Below, piece by piece: positions 9,003-20,192 of a stretch of 64,000 nt of DNA (within the stretch, counting starts at the first letter, position 1; each line of letters begins with the position of its first letter). The translations under genes and the position numbers were made by a program. This DNA is from Marine Group II euryarchaeote MED-G35 (GTDB lineage: Archaea; Thermoplasmatota; Poseidoniia; Poseidoniales; Thalassarchaeaceae), in the NCBI GenBank assembly GCA_002457155.1, contig NTJS01000004.1, forward strand, positions 1,953-65,952, written 5' to 3'. The notes under the pieces were generated by a model that saw only the letters and a list, made by a program, of their open reading frames with translations, was not told the DNA's origin and searched no databases.

Positions 9003-10082
9003 ATGGAGAGCCGTATTTCCTCTGTTCGGAGATCGAATAGCGCCACGACAGCGAATCTTGCCATCATCATACTAGTTTCCTACCTAGTTCTGGTCAATCT
9101 GAAGGCGATTCTGATGCCCCTGGCAATTGCAGTGCTGATTTACTTCCTGATCAGGGCCCCCGAGCAGTACCTAATCGAGAGGTTCGATGCGGTCGCGAGA
9201 ATGCCAATGCTAGCATACGGGGTAATCCTTGCATTTGGTGCACTGGCCTCGTATGCAGTCTCAATACTGCTGTATCGGAATATCGACCAATTCAAAGACG
9301 AGATGAACAAGGATGGCGGTCTGATTGACAAGTTCGACGAAAAGTGGACCAACCTTGGAGAGGCGAACCTCTACGGCCTCGAAGAAGTCATTACCAGCCA
9401 AGAGACAATCGAGAATGTCCTCGACCCCCAGAACATCCAGGACTTTGCCACTAACATCCTTGCCGATCTTGCGTCTTTCATGACTACCATGGTCACTGTT
9501 GCAATTTTCGTAATTTTCTTGATACTAGAGGAGAAGAGCCTTCCTGGGAGATTCAAGGCTGCCTTCCCAGGTTCCTATGGAAGGGTTCGAAACATCGTTT
9601 CAAACTCGTCTGAGGCGATTTCCACGTATGTGATCTCGAAGGCAACCTGTAGCGCTGGCCAAGCAATAGTGCTGGCCTTTCTTCTCTGGGTCATGGGAAT
9701 ACCAGGCTGGTTCTTGTTCGGAGTTCTATGCTTCCTGCTAGACTTCATTCCAATACTCGGGGCTCTCCTTGCTACAGTACCGCCGATGATGATTGCCTTG
9801 ATTGTGCTCGAACCATTGCATGCATTGATACTAGGAGCAGCCATGATCGGCAACCAACAGCTGTTCGGCTCAATCATAGAGCCAAACCTCTCTGGCCAGA
9901 GGCTAGGGATTTCTCCGTTGGTCCTGCTTCTAACCGTGATGGTCAGTGCTTCTGTCTGGGGAATTTCCGGTGCGATCATCGGTGTGCCAATCATGATTAT
10001 CGCAAGGATTGCACTTGAGGAGGACGAGAGGACTCGTCCCATTGCTCTGATGCTTGCCATGAAGGCTCACGAGGAAGAGTGA
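9003..10082 (+). CDS. AI-2E family (PerM/UPF0118) membrane transporter
   Basis: The product is polytopic, about 8 TM. The family-typical late motif is 'LLDFIPILGALLATVPPMMIAL' followed by 'GNQQLFGSIIEPNLSGQRLGISPL'. An ATG at 9003 sits 8 codons inside the TTG-initiated track ORF. Confidence 0.7.
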   Translation: MESRISSVRRSNSATTANLAIIILVSYLVLVNLKAILMPLAIAVLIYFLIRAPEQYLIERFDAVARMPMLAYGVILAFGALASYAVSILLYRNIDQFKDEMNKDGGLIDKFDEKWTNLGEANLYGLEEVITSQETIENVLDPQNIQDFATNILADLASFMTTMVTVAIFVIFLILEEKSLPGRFKAAFPGSYGRVRNIVSNSSEAISTYVISKATCSAGQAIVLAFLLWVMGIPGWFLFGVLCFLLDFIPILGALLATVPPMMIALIVLEPLHALILGAAMIGNQQLFGSIIEPNLSGQRLGISPLVLLLTVMVSASVWGISGAIIGVPIMIIARIALEEDERTRPIALMLAMKAHEEE

Positions 10083-10083
10083 G

Positions 10084-10689
10084 TCATCGTCTTGAGATGA
10101 CGGCCAGGACCCCTTCTCCTCTGATGGAGACAATGCCCCCCCTTCCCTCATTGTGAAGACCCCTCGATGAGAGGGCAAGAAATTCCCCCCCCATCTCCCA
10201 CTTGGATCCTGAAATCCATACTTTGCCCGGCTCTAGGGCGAAGACGGAGAAAGCCTCACCTAGTCCGATTTCCAATGAGAACTCACCCCCTTCAGGATGA
10301 ATCCTGGTCGTTACTCGGCTCTCGTGGTGCATTCGAATGATCGCTCCTCCAGGGGCATCTAGCATTGCTGCCCAGTTTCCGAGGACGTGATCAGGCTCCC
10401 CCCCATCCACTCCCAACACGTCGATCTCTGCGAAACCTCGCTCAATCAGAAGAGCGAGTGACTTCGCCAGATCGCTGGCCCCCTGATCAAGCAACTCCAC
10501 GCTCCTCCCCGTCCAGTCGTCCACTTCGACGGAGTCTAGGTCACCCAATACCTCTACAATCTCAATACCCGATTCAGCAGCTCGATCAGCCCCTCCATCA
10601 ACGCCGAACACCGCTACATCGTCGGAGATGACCGAGTCAATTGCCGAAGGATGGGGGGGCGATCCGTTGCACCATAGAACCGCTCGCAC
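10084..10689 (-). CDS. thiamine pyrophosphokinase
   Basis: 'VLWCNGSPP', 'VFGVDGGAD', 'VLGDLDS' (GDxDS), 'DQGASDLAKSL' and 'VLGVDGGEPDHVLGN' match the TPK catalytic-domain motifs in order. The start is GTG. Confidence 0.72.
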   Translation of the reverse strand: MRAVLWCNGSPPHPSAIDSVISDDVAVFGVDGGADRAAESGIEIVEVLGDLDSVEVDDWTGRSVELLDQGASDLAKSLALLIERGFAEIDVLGVDGGEPDHVLGNWAAMLDAPGGAIIRMHHESRVTTRIHPEGGEFSLEIGLGEAFSVFALEPGKVWISGSKWEMGGEFLALSSRGLHNEGRGGIVSIRGEGVLAVISRR

Positions 10690-10697
10690 TGACTCAC

Positions 10698-11726
10698 CTA
10701 CCTAGTAGAAATCTTCCCATCTGAGACAATCACTGACTCCTCCAGACTTACCTCAGGGGAAATCAGTGATCCACGTAGGTGAACCCCGACCCTTGCAGTC
10801 CCCCCTATGTGTGAATTATCCCCGAATCCAAAGTACGACGAACCCCTGACCACCAGGTCCTCGACTTTGTTGCCCACCAGTTTAGTCGCCTTGGGGTTCA
10901 TGCCGAACCCGAACTCAGCGACAGTCCAAACCAGATCTCTCCTGGAGCCTCTCAATCCTGACCTAGCAATATCGAAAACCGCGCTAATCTCATCGGCGAT
11001 ATCCCCACCGGAGATATCGACAACGATCCCGTTTTCTACTTGAAACGATAACGGCTCTTCCAGCAACCTGCCTTCCCACGAACCGTCGATTATGATGGTG
11101 CCATTCATGCTGCCCTCCTTGGGAAGGACGAACACCTTTCCTGCAGGCAGGTTAGCGACCTGTCCAGGACGGTTGCAAATGCCAGTGTCTTCCAGAATCC
11201 ACCTGTCGCCAGTCAGGAACTCGACATCAGTCCCTGCTACTGACTTGACGCTGACCCTCCTCCTCCTCCTGAATACTGAACCCATCCCGCTGATCTCTCT
11301 CTGCAGGGCATTGTAGTCAGCAGTCATACCTCCGGACTCGAAGGCGATACCCCCAATTCCGGGCATTGAGACTATCCTGGCCCCTTCCCTAGTAGCTGCT
11401 GCCCTTGCTCGGGTGTGAGTCATGGAGTCCTTGGTTGCGATGATGATTACCCTGTTCTTCCTCATTATGTCGGAGACTGGTAGCGGTGGCTCCTTCCCAG
11501 TCTTCTGAGTGGGGGGCATCATAACCAGGAGGATTCTGTCCGTGACTCTGGCGGCCTCCTCGTACAATGCCTGGCCCACATCGGCCGTGTCCGGGTCGGT
11601 GAGCACCAGGACGTCCTCCTCCCTCCTGACCTGTAGGCAGGTACGAATCACTGAACGTGCTGTTGACAGCATCGCCTCGGTTTTTTCGGGACTTCTACTG
11701 CCATCGTTGGTGGCCATAGTGGGCAT
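10698..11726 (-). CDS. M29 (aminopeptidase T/AmpS-like) family aminopeptidase
   Basis: 'NLPAGKVFVLP', 'NGTIIIDGS', 'FQVENGIVVDISGG' and 'EFGFGMNPKA' match the COG2309-type layout. Confidence 0.62.
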   Translation of the reverse strand: MPTMATNDGSRSPEKTEAMLSTARSVIRTCLQVRREEDVLVLTDPDTADVGQALYEEAARVTDRILLVMMPPTQKTGKEPPLPVSDIMRKNRVIIIATKDSMTHTRARAAATREGARIVSMPGIGGIAFESGGMTADYNALQREISGMGSVFRRRRRVSVKSVAGTDVEFLTGDRWILEDTGICNRPGQVANLPAGKVFVLPKEGSMNGTIIIDGSWEGRLLEEPLSFQVENGIVVDISGGDIADEISAVFDIARSGLRGSRRDLVWTVAEFGFGMNPKATKLVGNKVEDLVVRGSSYFGFGDNSHIGGTARVGVHLRGSLISPEVSLEESVIVSDGKISTR

Positions 11727-11752
11727 CCTAGATGGGGTTCAGTATTGATACT

Positions 11753-13693
11753 TCACTCATCTAGTGAGGGCTCCCTACTGCGGTTCGAAATCTCGGCGAA
11801 GATGTCCGAAACGAACTCATCCAGCCCAACCCCGTTCTTCTGATTGCCGCCCCTCCCTCTAATGGAGACCGTACCACCGCTCATCTCGTCGTCCCCGAGG
11901 ATTACCATGTAAGCCGGGCGAATCTTCCTGTGCGTCCGAATCTTCTTGCCGATCGTGTTGTCTGAGTCGTCGACCCGAACCCTGACCCCTGCCACCTCCA
12001 GAGCCTCTCTTACCTGATCGGCATACTGCTTGTGCTTCTCGGAGATCGTGATGATTTGGACCTGAATCGGAGACAGCCAACTTGGGAAGTTACCTGCCCA
12101 GTGCTCAGTGAGGAACGCAACAAACCTCTCGTGCGTGGAGAGAGGAGCCCTGTGGATGACGAACACCTCGCCATTATCGGCCCCAGTCTCGTCTGTGTAG
12201 GACAGCCCAAAACGCTCTTTCGCAGCGAAGTCTAGTTGGATTGTGGACATCGATTCCTCCCTGCCGAGCAAGGTCCTGAACTGTATGTCTATCTTCGGAC
12301 CGTAGAATGCCGCCTCTCCTACAGCCTCCACATATTCGACCCCAAGGTCATCGAGAATTTCCCTCAGATGGTCCTGGGTCGACTTCCAGTTCTCAGGCTG
12401 ATCGATGTACTTCTCCGTATTGTCAGGATCCCATAGAGAGAGTCTGAAGTGGTAGTCATCAAAACCGAACACTGAGTAGTATTCTTGCACCATCCTCACA
12501 TTATCGGCGACTTCGGAAGCCACCTGGTCCAGGGTGCAGTAGATGTGGGCGTCATTCATTGACAGCATCCTGACCCTTAGCAATCCGGAGAGGGTTCCGG
12601 ACAATTCGTTCCTGTACACGGTCCCATACTCGGCTATCCTCATGGGCAGCTCTCGGTAAGACCTCTTCTCGTTCTGGAAGATTCGATGATGAAACGGGCA
12701 ATTCATGGCCTTCAACGCATAGGAGCCGTCATCCATTTCCATTAGCGGATACATCCCATCGGCGTAGTGGGGAAGATGGCCGCTGGTCTCGAACAGCTCC
12801 TTCTTCCCCAATACTGGAGTCGTCACCCTGACGTACCCATAAGCCCCCTCGGTCTCGATTGCAAACTTCTCTATCTCGGACTTTAGCGACTCGCCATTGG
12901 GAAGCCAAACTGGGAGGCCCTTGCCTATCAGCTCGTCAATCATGTAGAGCCCCATCTCCTTGCCGATTTTCTTGTGGTCCCTCCTGGAAGCCTCCTCGAT
13001 CTGCCTCTCCCTCTCCCTCAGGCCGTCTTTGGAGTCGTAGCACATCCCGTAGATCCTGACTAGGGCCTCTCTTTCCTTGTCTGCTCTCCAATAAGCCTGG
13101 CTAGTACTGGTCAGTTTGAACCACCTCAATTGGGAGGTCCGCGAAACATGAGGGCCCCTGCATAGGTCGACGAACTCCCCTTGGCGGTATGCAGATGAAC
13201 CGACATCATGGCCAATTTTGTCATCCATTATCTCCAATTTGAACGGGTTCGAGGAGAACATTTCCCTCAGAGACTCGTTGTCAAGCTCCTCTCTGTCTAT
13301 GGTGATGTTCTGCTTGACGAGCTCCTTCATCCGCTTCTCTATCTCTCGCAACCCATCTTCGCCTATTGGTTCCATGTGGAAGTCATAGTAGAATCCGTGT
13401 TCTATCGGGGGTCCAATTGTCGGCTTTGCTTCCGGGTAGAGCTGAGTCACGGCTTGAGCGAGCAGGTGCGCGCAGCTGTGCCTCAGGATGTACAAACCCT
13501 CCTCGGAGCTTCCAAGGATCGGCTCGACCCTGCAGTCCCCCTCGAGCGAGTAGGACATGTCCCTCTCCTCTCCGTCCACCAATGCAGCTACGGCTCCGGA
13601 CTTTCTCCCGTGTACGTTTTTGATTACTTCTTCAGCACTGATTCCACTCGCATACTCGTGCGCATCGCCCTCGCCCACGTCAACGGAAATCAT
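11753..13693 (-). CDS. thrS: threonine--tRNA ligase (bacterial/eukaryal-type N-terminal TGS + HxxxH editing domain)
   Basis: The TGS-like N-terminus 'MISVDVGEGDAHEY...VAALVDGEERDMSY' begins at internal ATG 13693. The editing motif is 'RHSCAHLLAQAV'. Class II core motifs include 'FRLSLWDP', 'HRAPLSTHERFVAFLTEHWAGNFPSWLSP' and the anticodon-binding tail. The track's longer start at 13774 (ATGA overlap with arcC) cannot be excluded. Confidence 0.95.
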   Translation of the reverse strand: MISVDVGEGDAHEYASGISAEEVIKNVHGRKSGAVAALVDGEERDMSYSLEGDCRVEPILGSSEEGLYILRHSCAHLLAQAVTQLYPEAKPTIGPPIEHGFYYDFHMEPIGEDGLREIEKRMKELVKQNITIDREELDNESLREMFSSNPFKLEIMDDKIGHDVGSSAYRQGEFVDLCRGPHVSRTSQLRWFKLTSTSQAYWRADKEREALVRIYGMCYDSKDGLRERERQIEEASRRDHKKIGKEMGLYMIDELIGKGLPVWLPNGESLKSEIEKFAIETEGAYGYVRVTTPVLGKKELFETSGHLPHYADGMYPLMEMDDGSYALKAMNCPFHHRIFQNEKRSYRELPMRIAEYGTVYRNELSGTLSGLLRVRMLSMNDAHIYCTLDQVASEVADNVRMVQEYYSVFGFDDYHFRLSLWDPDNTEKYIDQPENWKSTQDHLREILDDLGVEYVEAVGEAAFYGPKIDIQFRTLLGREESMSTIQLDFAAKERFGLSYTDETGADNGEVFVIHRAPLSTHERFVAFLTEHWAGNFPSWLSPIQVQIITISEKHKQYADQVREALEVAGVRVRVDDSDNTIGKKIRTHRKIRPAYMVILGDDEMSGGTVSIRGRGGNQKNGVGLDEFVSDIFAEISNRSREPSLDE

Positions 13694-13770
13694 TCCCACT
13701 GGTATCCCTCTTCGGTTCGCCGACGTCCAGTCGATATGAAGGCCTTGGCCGCAAATAGACGGCAGGGGCC

Positions 13771-14679
13771 TCATTCTATGACGAATTGTGTGCCCGAAGT
13801 CCCCTCGACCATACCGGATATTTCAGAGAGGGAGCCGATCACTGCTCTTTCACCTGTCCTTCTGACGAAATCACAAGCCGCCTCTACTTTGGGCCCCATA
13901 CTCCCAGCCTCAAACTCCATTCCGGACATCTCCTCCGGAGTCACTCGTTGGATCAATTCTGCTCCATCGCTCCCCCAGTTTTCGTACACGCCATCCGCAT
14001 CAGTAGCAAGAATCAGCAACCTCGCCCCTAGCTGCCTTGCGAGTAGCGCGCTTGCACGATCCTTGTCAATTACCACTTCGACTCCTTCTAGGACGCCTTC
14101 CGAGTTGTAGGCGGTCGGAATCCCACCTCCCCCGGCACAGATTACTACCACTCCCTTCTCCAGAAGCCAGTGTATGGGCCTTAATTCGAAGACCCTGTGT
14201 GGCTCGGGCGAGGGAACGACCCTCCTCCACCCATCACCGTCTCTTGCTATGGACCATCCCTTCTCCTTAGCGATTCTCCGTGCTTCCTCCTCTCCGTAGA
14301 GCAGGCCTATTGGTTTGGTGGGGTTTTGGAATGCAGGGTCATCAGGATCAACCTCGACCATTGTCAGAATTGTCGCGAAAGAAGACTCTGTTGGCATCAT
14401 ATTCCCCAGTTCCTGCTGGATGTAGTATCCGAGCATGCCCTCGGTCTGAGCGCCGAGGACATCTAATGGGTACTCCTCAACTTCCTCATATGACGCAGAC
14501 TGCAACGCAAGAAGGCCCACTTGGGGGCCATTGCCATGCGTGATCACAAGCTGGTGCTCCTCTGCTAGAGGGGCAAGAGCCCTGCACGCAATTCTCACGT
14601 TCCTCCTCTGATTCCCAGAAGTCGGCTCCTCCCCTCTCTTGAGAAGCGCGTTTCCACCTAGTGCCACCACGACCCTCAT
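13771..14679 (-). CDS. arcC: carbamate kinase
   Basis: '[17 protein letters not shown]' begins at internal ATG 14679. It is followed by '[11 protein letters not shown]', 'PTKPIG', 'ICAGGGGIP' and '[11 protein letters not shown]'. Confidence 0.9.
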   Translation of the reverse strand: MRVVVALGGNALLKRGEEPTSGNQRRNVRIACRALAPLAEEHQLVITHGNGPQVGLLALQSASYEEVEEYPLDVLGAQTEGMLGYYIQQELGNMMPTESSFATILTMVEVDPDDPAFQNPTKPIGLLYGEEEARRIAKEKGWSIARDGDGWRRVVPSPEPHRVFELRPIHWLLEKGVVVICAGGGGIPTAYNSEGVLEGVEVVIDKDRASALLARQLGARLLILATDADGVYENWGSDGAELIQRVTPEEMSGMEFEAGSMGPKVEAACDFVRRTGERAVIGSLSEISGMVEGTSGTQFVIE

Positions 14680-14732
14680 TGAACAGCGTCCCGAGCGTGA
14701 ACCGATAAGAACACGCTCCCTCTGGGACATGC

Positions 14733-15881
14733 ATGGTGCGCATTGGGATACTCGCAAATCCTGATGCCGGACTAGGGGGAAGACTTGGCCTCAAAGGCTC
14801 TGATGGACAGGCCGAGTTGGCTCGTTCAAAGGGGGCGGAGGATAGGTCCGGCCCCCGTCTAGAATCTATGCTTGTGCATTTCTCGAGGATTCACAGGACC
14901 GAATCAAACCAGATAGAGTGGATAACCAGTACCGGTAGGATGGGGACGGAGTGGATTCCAGTTGAATTCGATATCGGGACAATTTCCGAGGTCCATCAGT
15001 CTCCGGGCAAAACCTCGGCTTCCGACACTCAATATGCGGTCGCCAGATTGCTTGAGAATGGGATCGACTTGCTAGTCTACTCCGGCGGGGATGGAACAAC
15101 AAGGGACATCGTCTCGGCGCTGTCAGACTCGGAAACACCTGAGCTACCAGTTATCGGTGTGCCCTCTGGAGTGAAGATGCACTCGGGTTGCTTCGCCAGC
15201 TCACCAAAGGCAGCTGCAGAGGTCCTTTCGGCATGGATCCATGGTGACCTCCTAGTGTCTTCCACTGAAGTCCTTGATTTGGACGAAGAGCTCTACAGAA
15301 AGGGGAAATGGGTGGTAAGGCTCTATGCCGAGGCCTTCTCTCCAAATTCTCCAAGGTGGATGCAGGGATCCAAAGAGCTGATTCAGACAGAATCCGAGGA
15401 AGAAATAATCATTGGACTTTCAAATCATATCGAGGAATCCATAGTAGAAGAAGGCCATCTAGTAATCTGGGGTTCGGGGGGGACCCTCCGAGAGATAGGT
15501 GGAAACATTGGCTTCGAATTGACGACACTTGGGATCGATGCGACAATCGGTAGCGAGAAAGTAGGGACGGACCTCGCTGAATCTGGCATTATCGAAATCC
15601 TCGATTCTCATGATGGGCCAGTCACCCTCCTACTCTCCCCAATGGGGGGACAGGGGTTCCTGATCGGGCGAGGAAATCTGCAACTTTCGCCAACAGTCCT
15701 CAGTTCAATTGGGATTGACAATATCCTCGGGGTGGTGACTCCCGCAAAGCTCCTCTCAGTCAGAGCGCTTAGGATTGAGACGGGGGATGTTTCTCTGGAC
15801 CAAGAATTCGCATCCAAGCGGTACATGAAGGTGCTACAGGGATATAGGACGACCAGGATCCTGCCCGTTTCCGTCGATTAG
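14733..15881 (+). CDS. ATP-NAD kinase-like protein (COG3199/AcoX-type)
   Basis: '[23 protein letters not shown]' is the family N-terminus, and '[11 protein letters not shown]' is the GGDGT kinase motif. Confidence 0.65.
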   Translation: MVRIGILANPDAGLGGRLGLKGSDGQAELARSKGAEDRSGPRLESMLVHFSRIHRTESNQIEWITSTGRMGTEWIPVEFDIGTISEVHQSPGKTSASDTQYAVARLLENGIDLLVYSGGDGTTRDIVSALSDSETPELPVIGVPSGVKMHSGCFASSPKAAAEVLSAWIHGDLLVSSTEVLDLDEELYRKGKWVVRLYAEAFSPNSPRWMQGSKELIQTESEEEIIIGLSNHIEESIVEEGHLVIWGSGGTLREIGGNIGFELTTLGIDATIGSEKVGTDLAESGIIEILDSHDGPVTLLLSPMGGQGFLIGRGNLQLSPTVLSSIGIDNILGVVTPAKLLSVRALRIETGDVSLDQEFASKRYMKVLQGYRTTRILPVSVD

Positions 15882-17539
15882 ACTTCCATCCCTGAAGCTG
15901 CCATCAGTAGTCCCAGGAACGGCGGGCTTGGCCGATCGGGCCTAGACTTGAACTCAGGGTGGTACTGGGTGCCGACGAAATATGGGTGTCCCTCTAGTTC
16001 CATTATCTCGCACCTCTCCCCAGTCTCGTCCTTGCCCACATACACGAGCCCGGACTCCTCGATTGCCTTGATGAGCTCCGGATTCACCTCGTACCTGTGC
16101 CTGTGCCTCTCATCAACATGGCCAGCACCTCCATACAGGCGCTTGATTTTGCAGTCATCCACTAGGAACGGCGTCGGCTTCGTCCCAAGCCTCATCGTGC
16201 CCCCCATATGCGTCTTCGATATCTCCGGCATGAAGACAATAGCCGCGTGAGCGGGGTCTTCCTCAAATTCAGCGGAATTCGCACCTTCCATCCCCAATAC
16301 GTTCCTGCAGAACTCTATTGTCGCTACTTGCAATCCCAAGCAAACACCAAGATATGGTACTTTATTCTCCCTGGCATACTCTGCTGTCTTTATCTTCCCC
16401 TCGATTCCTCTGATGCCGAATCCACCAGGGACGAGAATCCCATCTGCCTCCTTGAGTAGATTCCATGCCTCGTCATACGACTCTCGGTCCGAATTCTTCG
16501 CATCCTCATCCAGCACTGAAGACTCGATCCAATCGATGACCAGCTTCCTGTTGACCTTGAACGATGCGTGCTGAAGTGCCTTGATCACACTTAGGTATGA
16601 GTCTGAGAGATCGGTGTACTTTCCCGCAACTGCGATGTGGACCTCTTCCGCATCCTCCAGGGAGTCAACGTGATCGGCCAACTTCTTCCAGTCTTCGAGC
16701 AACTTCCTCTTCGAGGAGAGTTTGAAGCCAAATCTCTCAGAAAGCATCTCTGTGACGCCCTGAGACTCCATCATTATCGGGACTTGGTAGATGTTAGACA
16801 CATCGTGAGCCGAGACTACCGCTTCGGGAGGCACGTGACAGAATGCTGAGATCTTCTGACGTGTTTCGTCAATCAAAGGGCTCTTCGACCTGCAAACTAG
16901 CATGTGTGGGTTGATTCCCAGGCCTCTGAGTTCCTTCACAGTATGCTGCGTAGGCTTCGTCTTCTGCTCTCCGACTGGCCCCATTACCGGAATCAGACTA
17001 ACGTGGACAAAGCAAACATTCTCTTGGCCAACTCTGAATTGGAACTGCCTCAATGCCTCGACGAAAGGAGCGCTTTCGATGTCCCCAACTGTCCCGCCCA
17101 GCTCAATCACACAAGCATCCGGCTCCTTCCCGTTGCCATCGCTTGGAATATGGGCGACTCTCTCAATCCAGTCCTGGATTTCGTTCGTGATGTGTGGGAT
17201 GACCTGGACAGTCTTGCCAAGGTAGTCACCCCTCCTCTCCTTCTGAATCACGCTCTCATACACCTTTCCCGTGGTGATGTTGTTCTCTCTCGTCAGACAC
17301 ACGTCTAGGAACCTCTCGTAGTTCCCTAGGTCTAAATCAACTTCTCCACCATCATCCAGAACGAAAACCTCTCCATGTTCGAAGGGAGACATCGTCCCAG
17401 CATCAACGTTCAAGTATGGATCAATTTTTACTGCAGTTACTCTCAGTCCAGCGCTTTTCAGTAGAACACCAATGCTACTAGCAGTCACACCTTTGCCCAA
17501 TCCGGAGAGCACTCCACCCGTCACTATGACATACTTCAT
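15878..17539 (-). CDS. pyrG: CTP synthase
   Basis: '[17 protein letters not shown]' begins at internal ATG 17539 (the track start at 17590 is TTG). The glutamine amidotransferase half has 'GVCLGLQ' and 'VGTQYHPEF'. Confidence 0.95.
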   Translation of the reverse strand: MKYVIVTGGVLSGLGKGVTASSIGVLLKSAGLRVTAVKIDPYLNVDAGTMSPFEHGEVFVLDDGGEVDLDLGNYERFLDVCLTRENNITTGKVYESVIQKERRGDYLGKTVQVIPHITNEIQDWIERVAHIPSDGNGKEPDACVIELGGTVGDIESAPFVEALRQFQFRVGQENVCFVHVSLIPVMGPVGEQKTKPTQHTVKELRGLGINPHMLVCRSKSPLIDETRQKISAFCHVPPEAVVSAHDVSNIYQVPIMMESQGVTEMLSERFGFKLSSKRKLLEDWKKLADHVDSLEDAEEVHIAVAGKYTDLSDSYLSVIKALQHASFKVNRKLVIDWIESSVLDEDAKNSDRESYDEAWNLLKEADGILVPGGFGIRGIEGKIKTAEYARENKVPYLGVCLGLQVATIEFCRNVLGMEGANSAEFEEDPAHAAIVFMPEISKTHMGGTMRLGTKPTPFLVDDCKIKRLYGGAGHVDERHRHRYEVNPELIKAIEESGLVYVGKDETGERCEIMELEGHPYFVGTQYHPEFKSRPDRPSPPFLGLLMAASGMEV

Positions 17540-17646
17540 CTCATCAACGGGGTCCGAATCAGTAGCCCATCCTCTATCAACGTTGGCCAATAAAATCCTG
17601 TTTGCCTTTTCTTTAATTTCAAGTAGCGCCAGAATTACGGTCGTTC

Positions 17647-18603
17647 ATGCCGGACCCCCCGGGAGACAAGGTGCTCGTCACTGGGGCACTGGGACAAATC
17701 GGCACTGACTTGGTTCAGGCACTGCGTGAAAGACACGGAAGCGACGCAGTCATAGCCTCTGACATCAGAGAGTCAGCAGGGAACTCATCTGTAGAAGGCG
17801 GGCCATTCGTGATCCTCGACGTTCTAGACACAGATGGGATATCCAGCATCTGCCAGAGCGAGGGCGTCGGTACAATTTACCACCTCGCTGCACTCCTTTC
17901 TGCGGTCGGAGAGCGTGATCCTGATTTGTGCCGTAGGATCAATGTAGGCGGGACAATCTCAGTTCTAGAGGCGGCAAAGGAATGCAATCTCAGAGTCTAC
18001 TCTCCGTCATCGATAGCTGTTTTTGGACCAGACTCACCAAAGCACGCCACTCAGGACTCACCACTCAATCCCACCACGGTTTACGGAGAGACCAAGGTCA
18101 CTGGCGAGGCCCTGGCTCGCGAATACCTGGAACGATTCAACGTCGACACCCGCGGTATCCGCTATCCCGGACTGATTTCATACAAGGCACCTGCTGGCGG
18201 GGGTACCACCGACTACGCCGTAGAAATATTCCATGCCGCACTGAACGAAGGCCACTACCAATGTTTTGTTCGCCCTGACACCCGACTTCCTATGCTATAC
18301 ATAGATGACGCAATCAACGCCACCCTCTCCCTGATGGACTCCAGTGAAGACGATTTAGGGGAGTCCAGGGTCGGATACAACATCCCCTGCCTTTCCTTCT
18401 CTGCAGGAGAGCTAGTTGATGCAATATCGGACAGGGTACAGGGTTTCACTTGCGACTTCGTACCTGATGTCAGGCAGGAATACGCTGATTCATGGCCAGA
18501 CTCGATAGACGGGTCTCTTGCAGAGGAGGAGTGGGATTGGACCCCGAAGTACGACCTCGCATCCTTAGTTGATGAGATGCTCAGAGGAATCTCTGGCCGC
18601 TAG
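17647..18603 (+). CDS. tdh: NAD-dependent epimerase/dehydratase-fold protein, GalE-like L-threonine 3-dehydrogenase type
   Basis: 'VLVTGALGQIGTDLVQALRERHG..VIASDIR' is the Rossmann GxxGxxG N-terminus typical of short-chain ThrDH, and 'YGETK' is the YxxxK catalytic motif. Confidence 0.7.
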   Translation: MPDPPGDKVLVTGALGQIGTDLVQALRERHGSDAVIASDIRESAGNSSVEGGPFVILDVLDTDGISSICQSEGVGTIYHLAALLSAVGERDPDLCRRINVGGTISVLEAAKECNLRVYSPSSIAVFGPDSPKHATQDSPLNPTTVYGETKVTGEALAREYLERFNVDTRGIRYPGLISYKAPAGGGTTDYAVEIFHAALNEGHYQCFVRPDTRLPMLYIDDAINATLSLMDSSEDDLGESRVGYNIPCLSFSAGELVDAISDRVQGFTCDFVPDVRQEYADSWPDSIDGSLAEEEWDWTPKYDLASLVDEMLRGISGR

Positions 18604-20192
18604 TCCTCGGATTCGCCTCCCCAGTCGGGGGTGCTCGGGTCCGTCCGAGCCCAGAGTACATCGTCGATCCTTAGCACACCTATTGCGGCTTCAGTTGCAC
18701 CAGAAAGAGCATGCCTAACCACGAACTCAGTATCCAAGATACCCATCTCGCCCATGTCGCAGTTCTCTCCACTTTGTAGGTCGAAACCAATCCAAGCACC
18801 GGATTTCTTCTGATCCGCTGATAGTGAGAGTATCACTTCCACTGGGTCTCTACCGGCATTTTCAGCAAGTATCCTGGGAATCGACTCAAGCGCAGAAGCA
18901 TACGCCTCTATCGCAAGCTGCTCTCTTCCTGACTGAGTCTGTGAGAATGACCGCAGATGCCTCGCAAGGTGAGATTGAATTGCTCCCCCTCCAGGTAGGA
19001 CTCCGGGCCTCCGGTTCAAACGATGCGCAACTCCAATGGCGTCATCAAAGATCCTGATCGCTTCTTCCCTTACTGCCGGCGAGGATCCCCTGACTATCAG
19101 AGTCAGCCCCCCTCCGTCTCCTTCTATCAGAGTGTGCTTCACATCTGCAATTCTTTCTTCGGACCTATTCGAAAAAGTGCCCAGATCTTCCTCATCCAAA
19201 CCACTAACGCTTCTTGCCGGCCTAGCGCCAGTTATTCTTGACAATAGATCCATGTCACTCCTCTCGAATCTTCGGTATGCCACGATTCCTGCCTTTGTCA
19301 GTTGTGTTATCGCTTCGTCAGCAATACCGTCTCTAACTACCAGTAGGTCAACGCCGAGGGATGAGAGGTGCGCAACTTGCTTTTGCATATTCTCTCTGGA
19401 TCTTTCGTGGAACTCCTGCAGAACTCCGAGGCTGCTTACCTCGATCGATGCATCAGTCTCCAGCTTGGCATGTTCCAGACCACCGTCAATTATTGCAACT
19501 ACTCCTCCGTCAGAACCCTCCGGACTGGCTGCATCGACTCTTGATTTTAGCAGCATCAGACCATTGACCAATGATGAGTCCATGACACTACCCTCCCTAA
19601 CCTGCAGACGCTTCACGACCATCCTTTCCAGATCGTCCCCGCCTTCCAAATCAACGAGTCTGTTTGCTGCCTCCACTGCTAGTCTTGCAAGTAGTCCACA
19701 CACAGAAGAGTCACCCTTCCCATGGAGGGAAGTCCTCACCACCTGGGATTTCTGAGTGTCATCTGATTCTCTAGACACCTCCTCAGTCTCTTTGATGGAC
19801 TCCTCCAGTGCAATCGAGTATCCGTTTACAATTATCGAGGGGTGCACTCCCATCCGGACTAGTTCCAGAGCGTTCTGCAGCATCTCTGCAACAAGCAGGA
19901 CAGTCGTAGTGGTCCCGTCCCGTGCAGACCGATCCTGCGATGATGAGGCATCGATAAGCAACCTGGCTGTAGGGTGTTCCACGTTTGCCTTCTCTAGAAC
20001 GGTGACTCCATCGTTAGTAACCAAAGCAGATCCGTCTCCGTCAACCAGCATTTTGTCCAGACCTTTCGGACCTAAGGTTGAACGAATCGCTCCAGCAAGA
20101 GATGAAGCAGCCTTGACGTTGTTTACTAGAGCAGTCCTCCCGTGGATTCTGTCCGTGTCTTCCAGGGCTACATCGTGATCAGACTCGACCAT
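18600..20192 (-). CDS. ths: thermosome (group II chaperonin) subunit
   Basis: 'GAIRSTLGPKGLDKMLVD', 'VTNDGVTVL', 'DGTTTTVLLVAEML' and 'LPGGGAIQ' are present. Internal ATG 20192 places GPKG about 41 aa from the N-terminus, as in the family. The track's longer form adds 31 atypical residues. Confidence 0.95.
   Translation of the reverse strand: MVESDHDVALEDTDRIHGRTALVNNVKAASSLAGAIRSTLGPKGLDKMLVDGDGSALVTNDGVTVLEKANVEHPTARLLIDASSSQDRSARDGTTTTVLLVAEMLQNALELVRMGVHPSIIVNGYSIALEESIKETEEVSRESDDTQKSQVVRTSLHGKGDSSVCGLLARLAVEAANRLVDLEGGDDLERMVVKRLQVREGSVMDSSLVNGLMLLKSRVDAASPEGSDGGVVAIIDGGLEHAKLETDASIEVSSLGVLQEFHERSRENMQKQVAHLSSLGVDLLVVRDGIADEAITQLTKAGIVAYRRFERSDMDLLSRITGARPARSVSGLDEEDLGTFSNRSEERIADVKHTLIEGDGGGLTLIVRGSSPAVREEAIRIFDDAIGVAHRLNRRPGVLPGGGAIQSHLARHLRSFSQTQSGREQLAIEAYASALESIPRILAENAGRDPVEVILSLSADQKKSGAWIGFDLQSGENCDMGEMGILDTEFVVRHALSGATEAAIGVLRIDDVLWARTDPSTPDWGGESED

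Noticed and set aside
13694-13770. Possible small RNA (C/D-box) in the 77-nt arcC-thrS spacer
   Set aside because: There is no RUGAUGA/CUGA box pair. The region ends in a GAGGG ribosome-binding-like sequence 12 nt before the thrS ATG, so it is most simply a leader. It may even be coding if thrS starts at 13774.
13208-14110. 300-aa plus-strand ORF spanning the thrS/arcC junction
   Set aside because: It runs antisense across two well-supported genes and their junction. It has no recognisable domain, and such shadow ORFs are frequent opposite genes for acidic proteins.
19036-19755. 239-aa ORF antisense to the thermosome gene
   Set aside because: The translation is Ser/Leu/Pro-rich and mirrors the sense codon usage. 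The sense strand encodes an unmistakable group II chaperonin.
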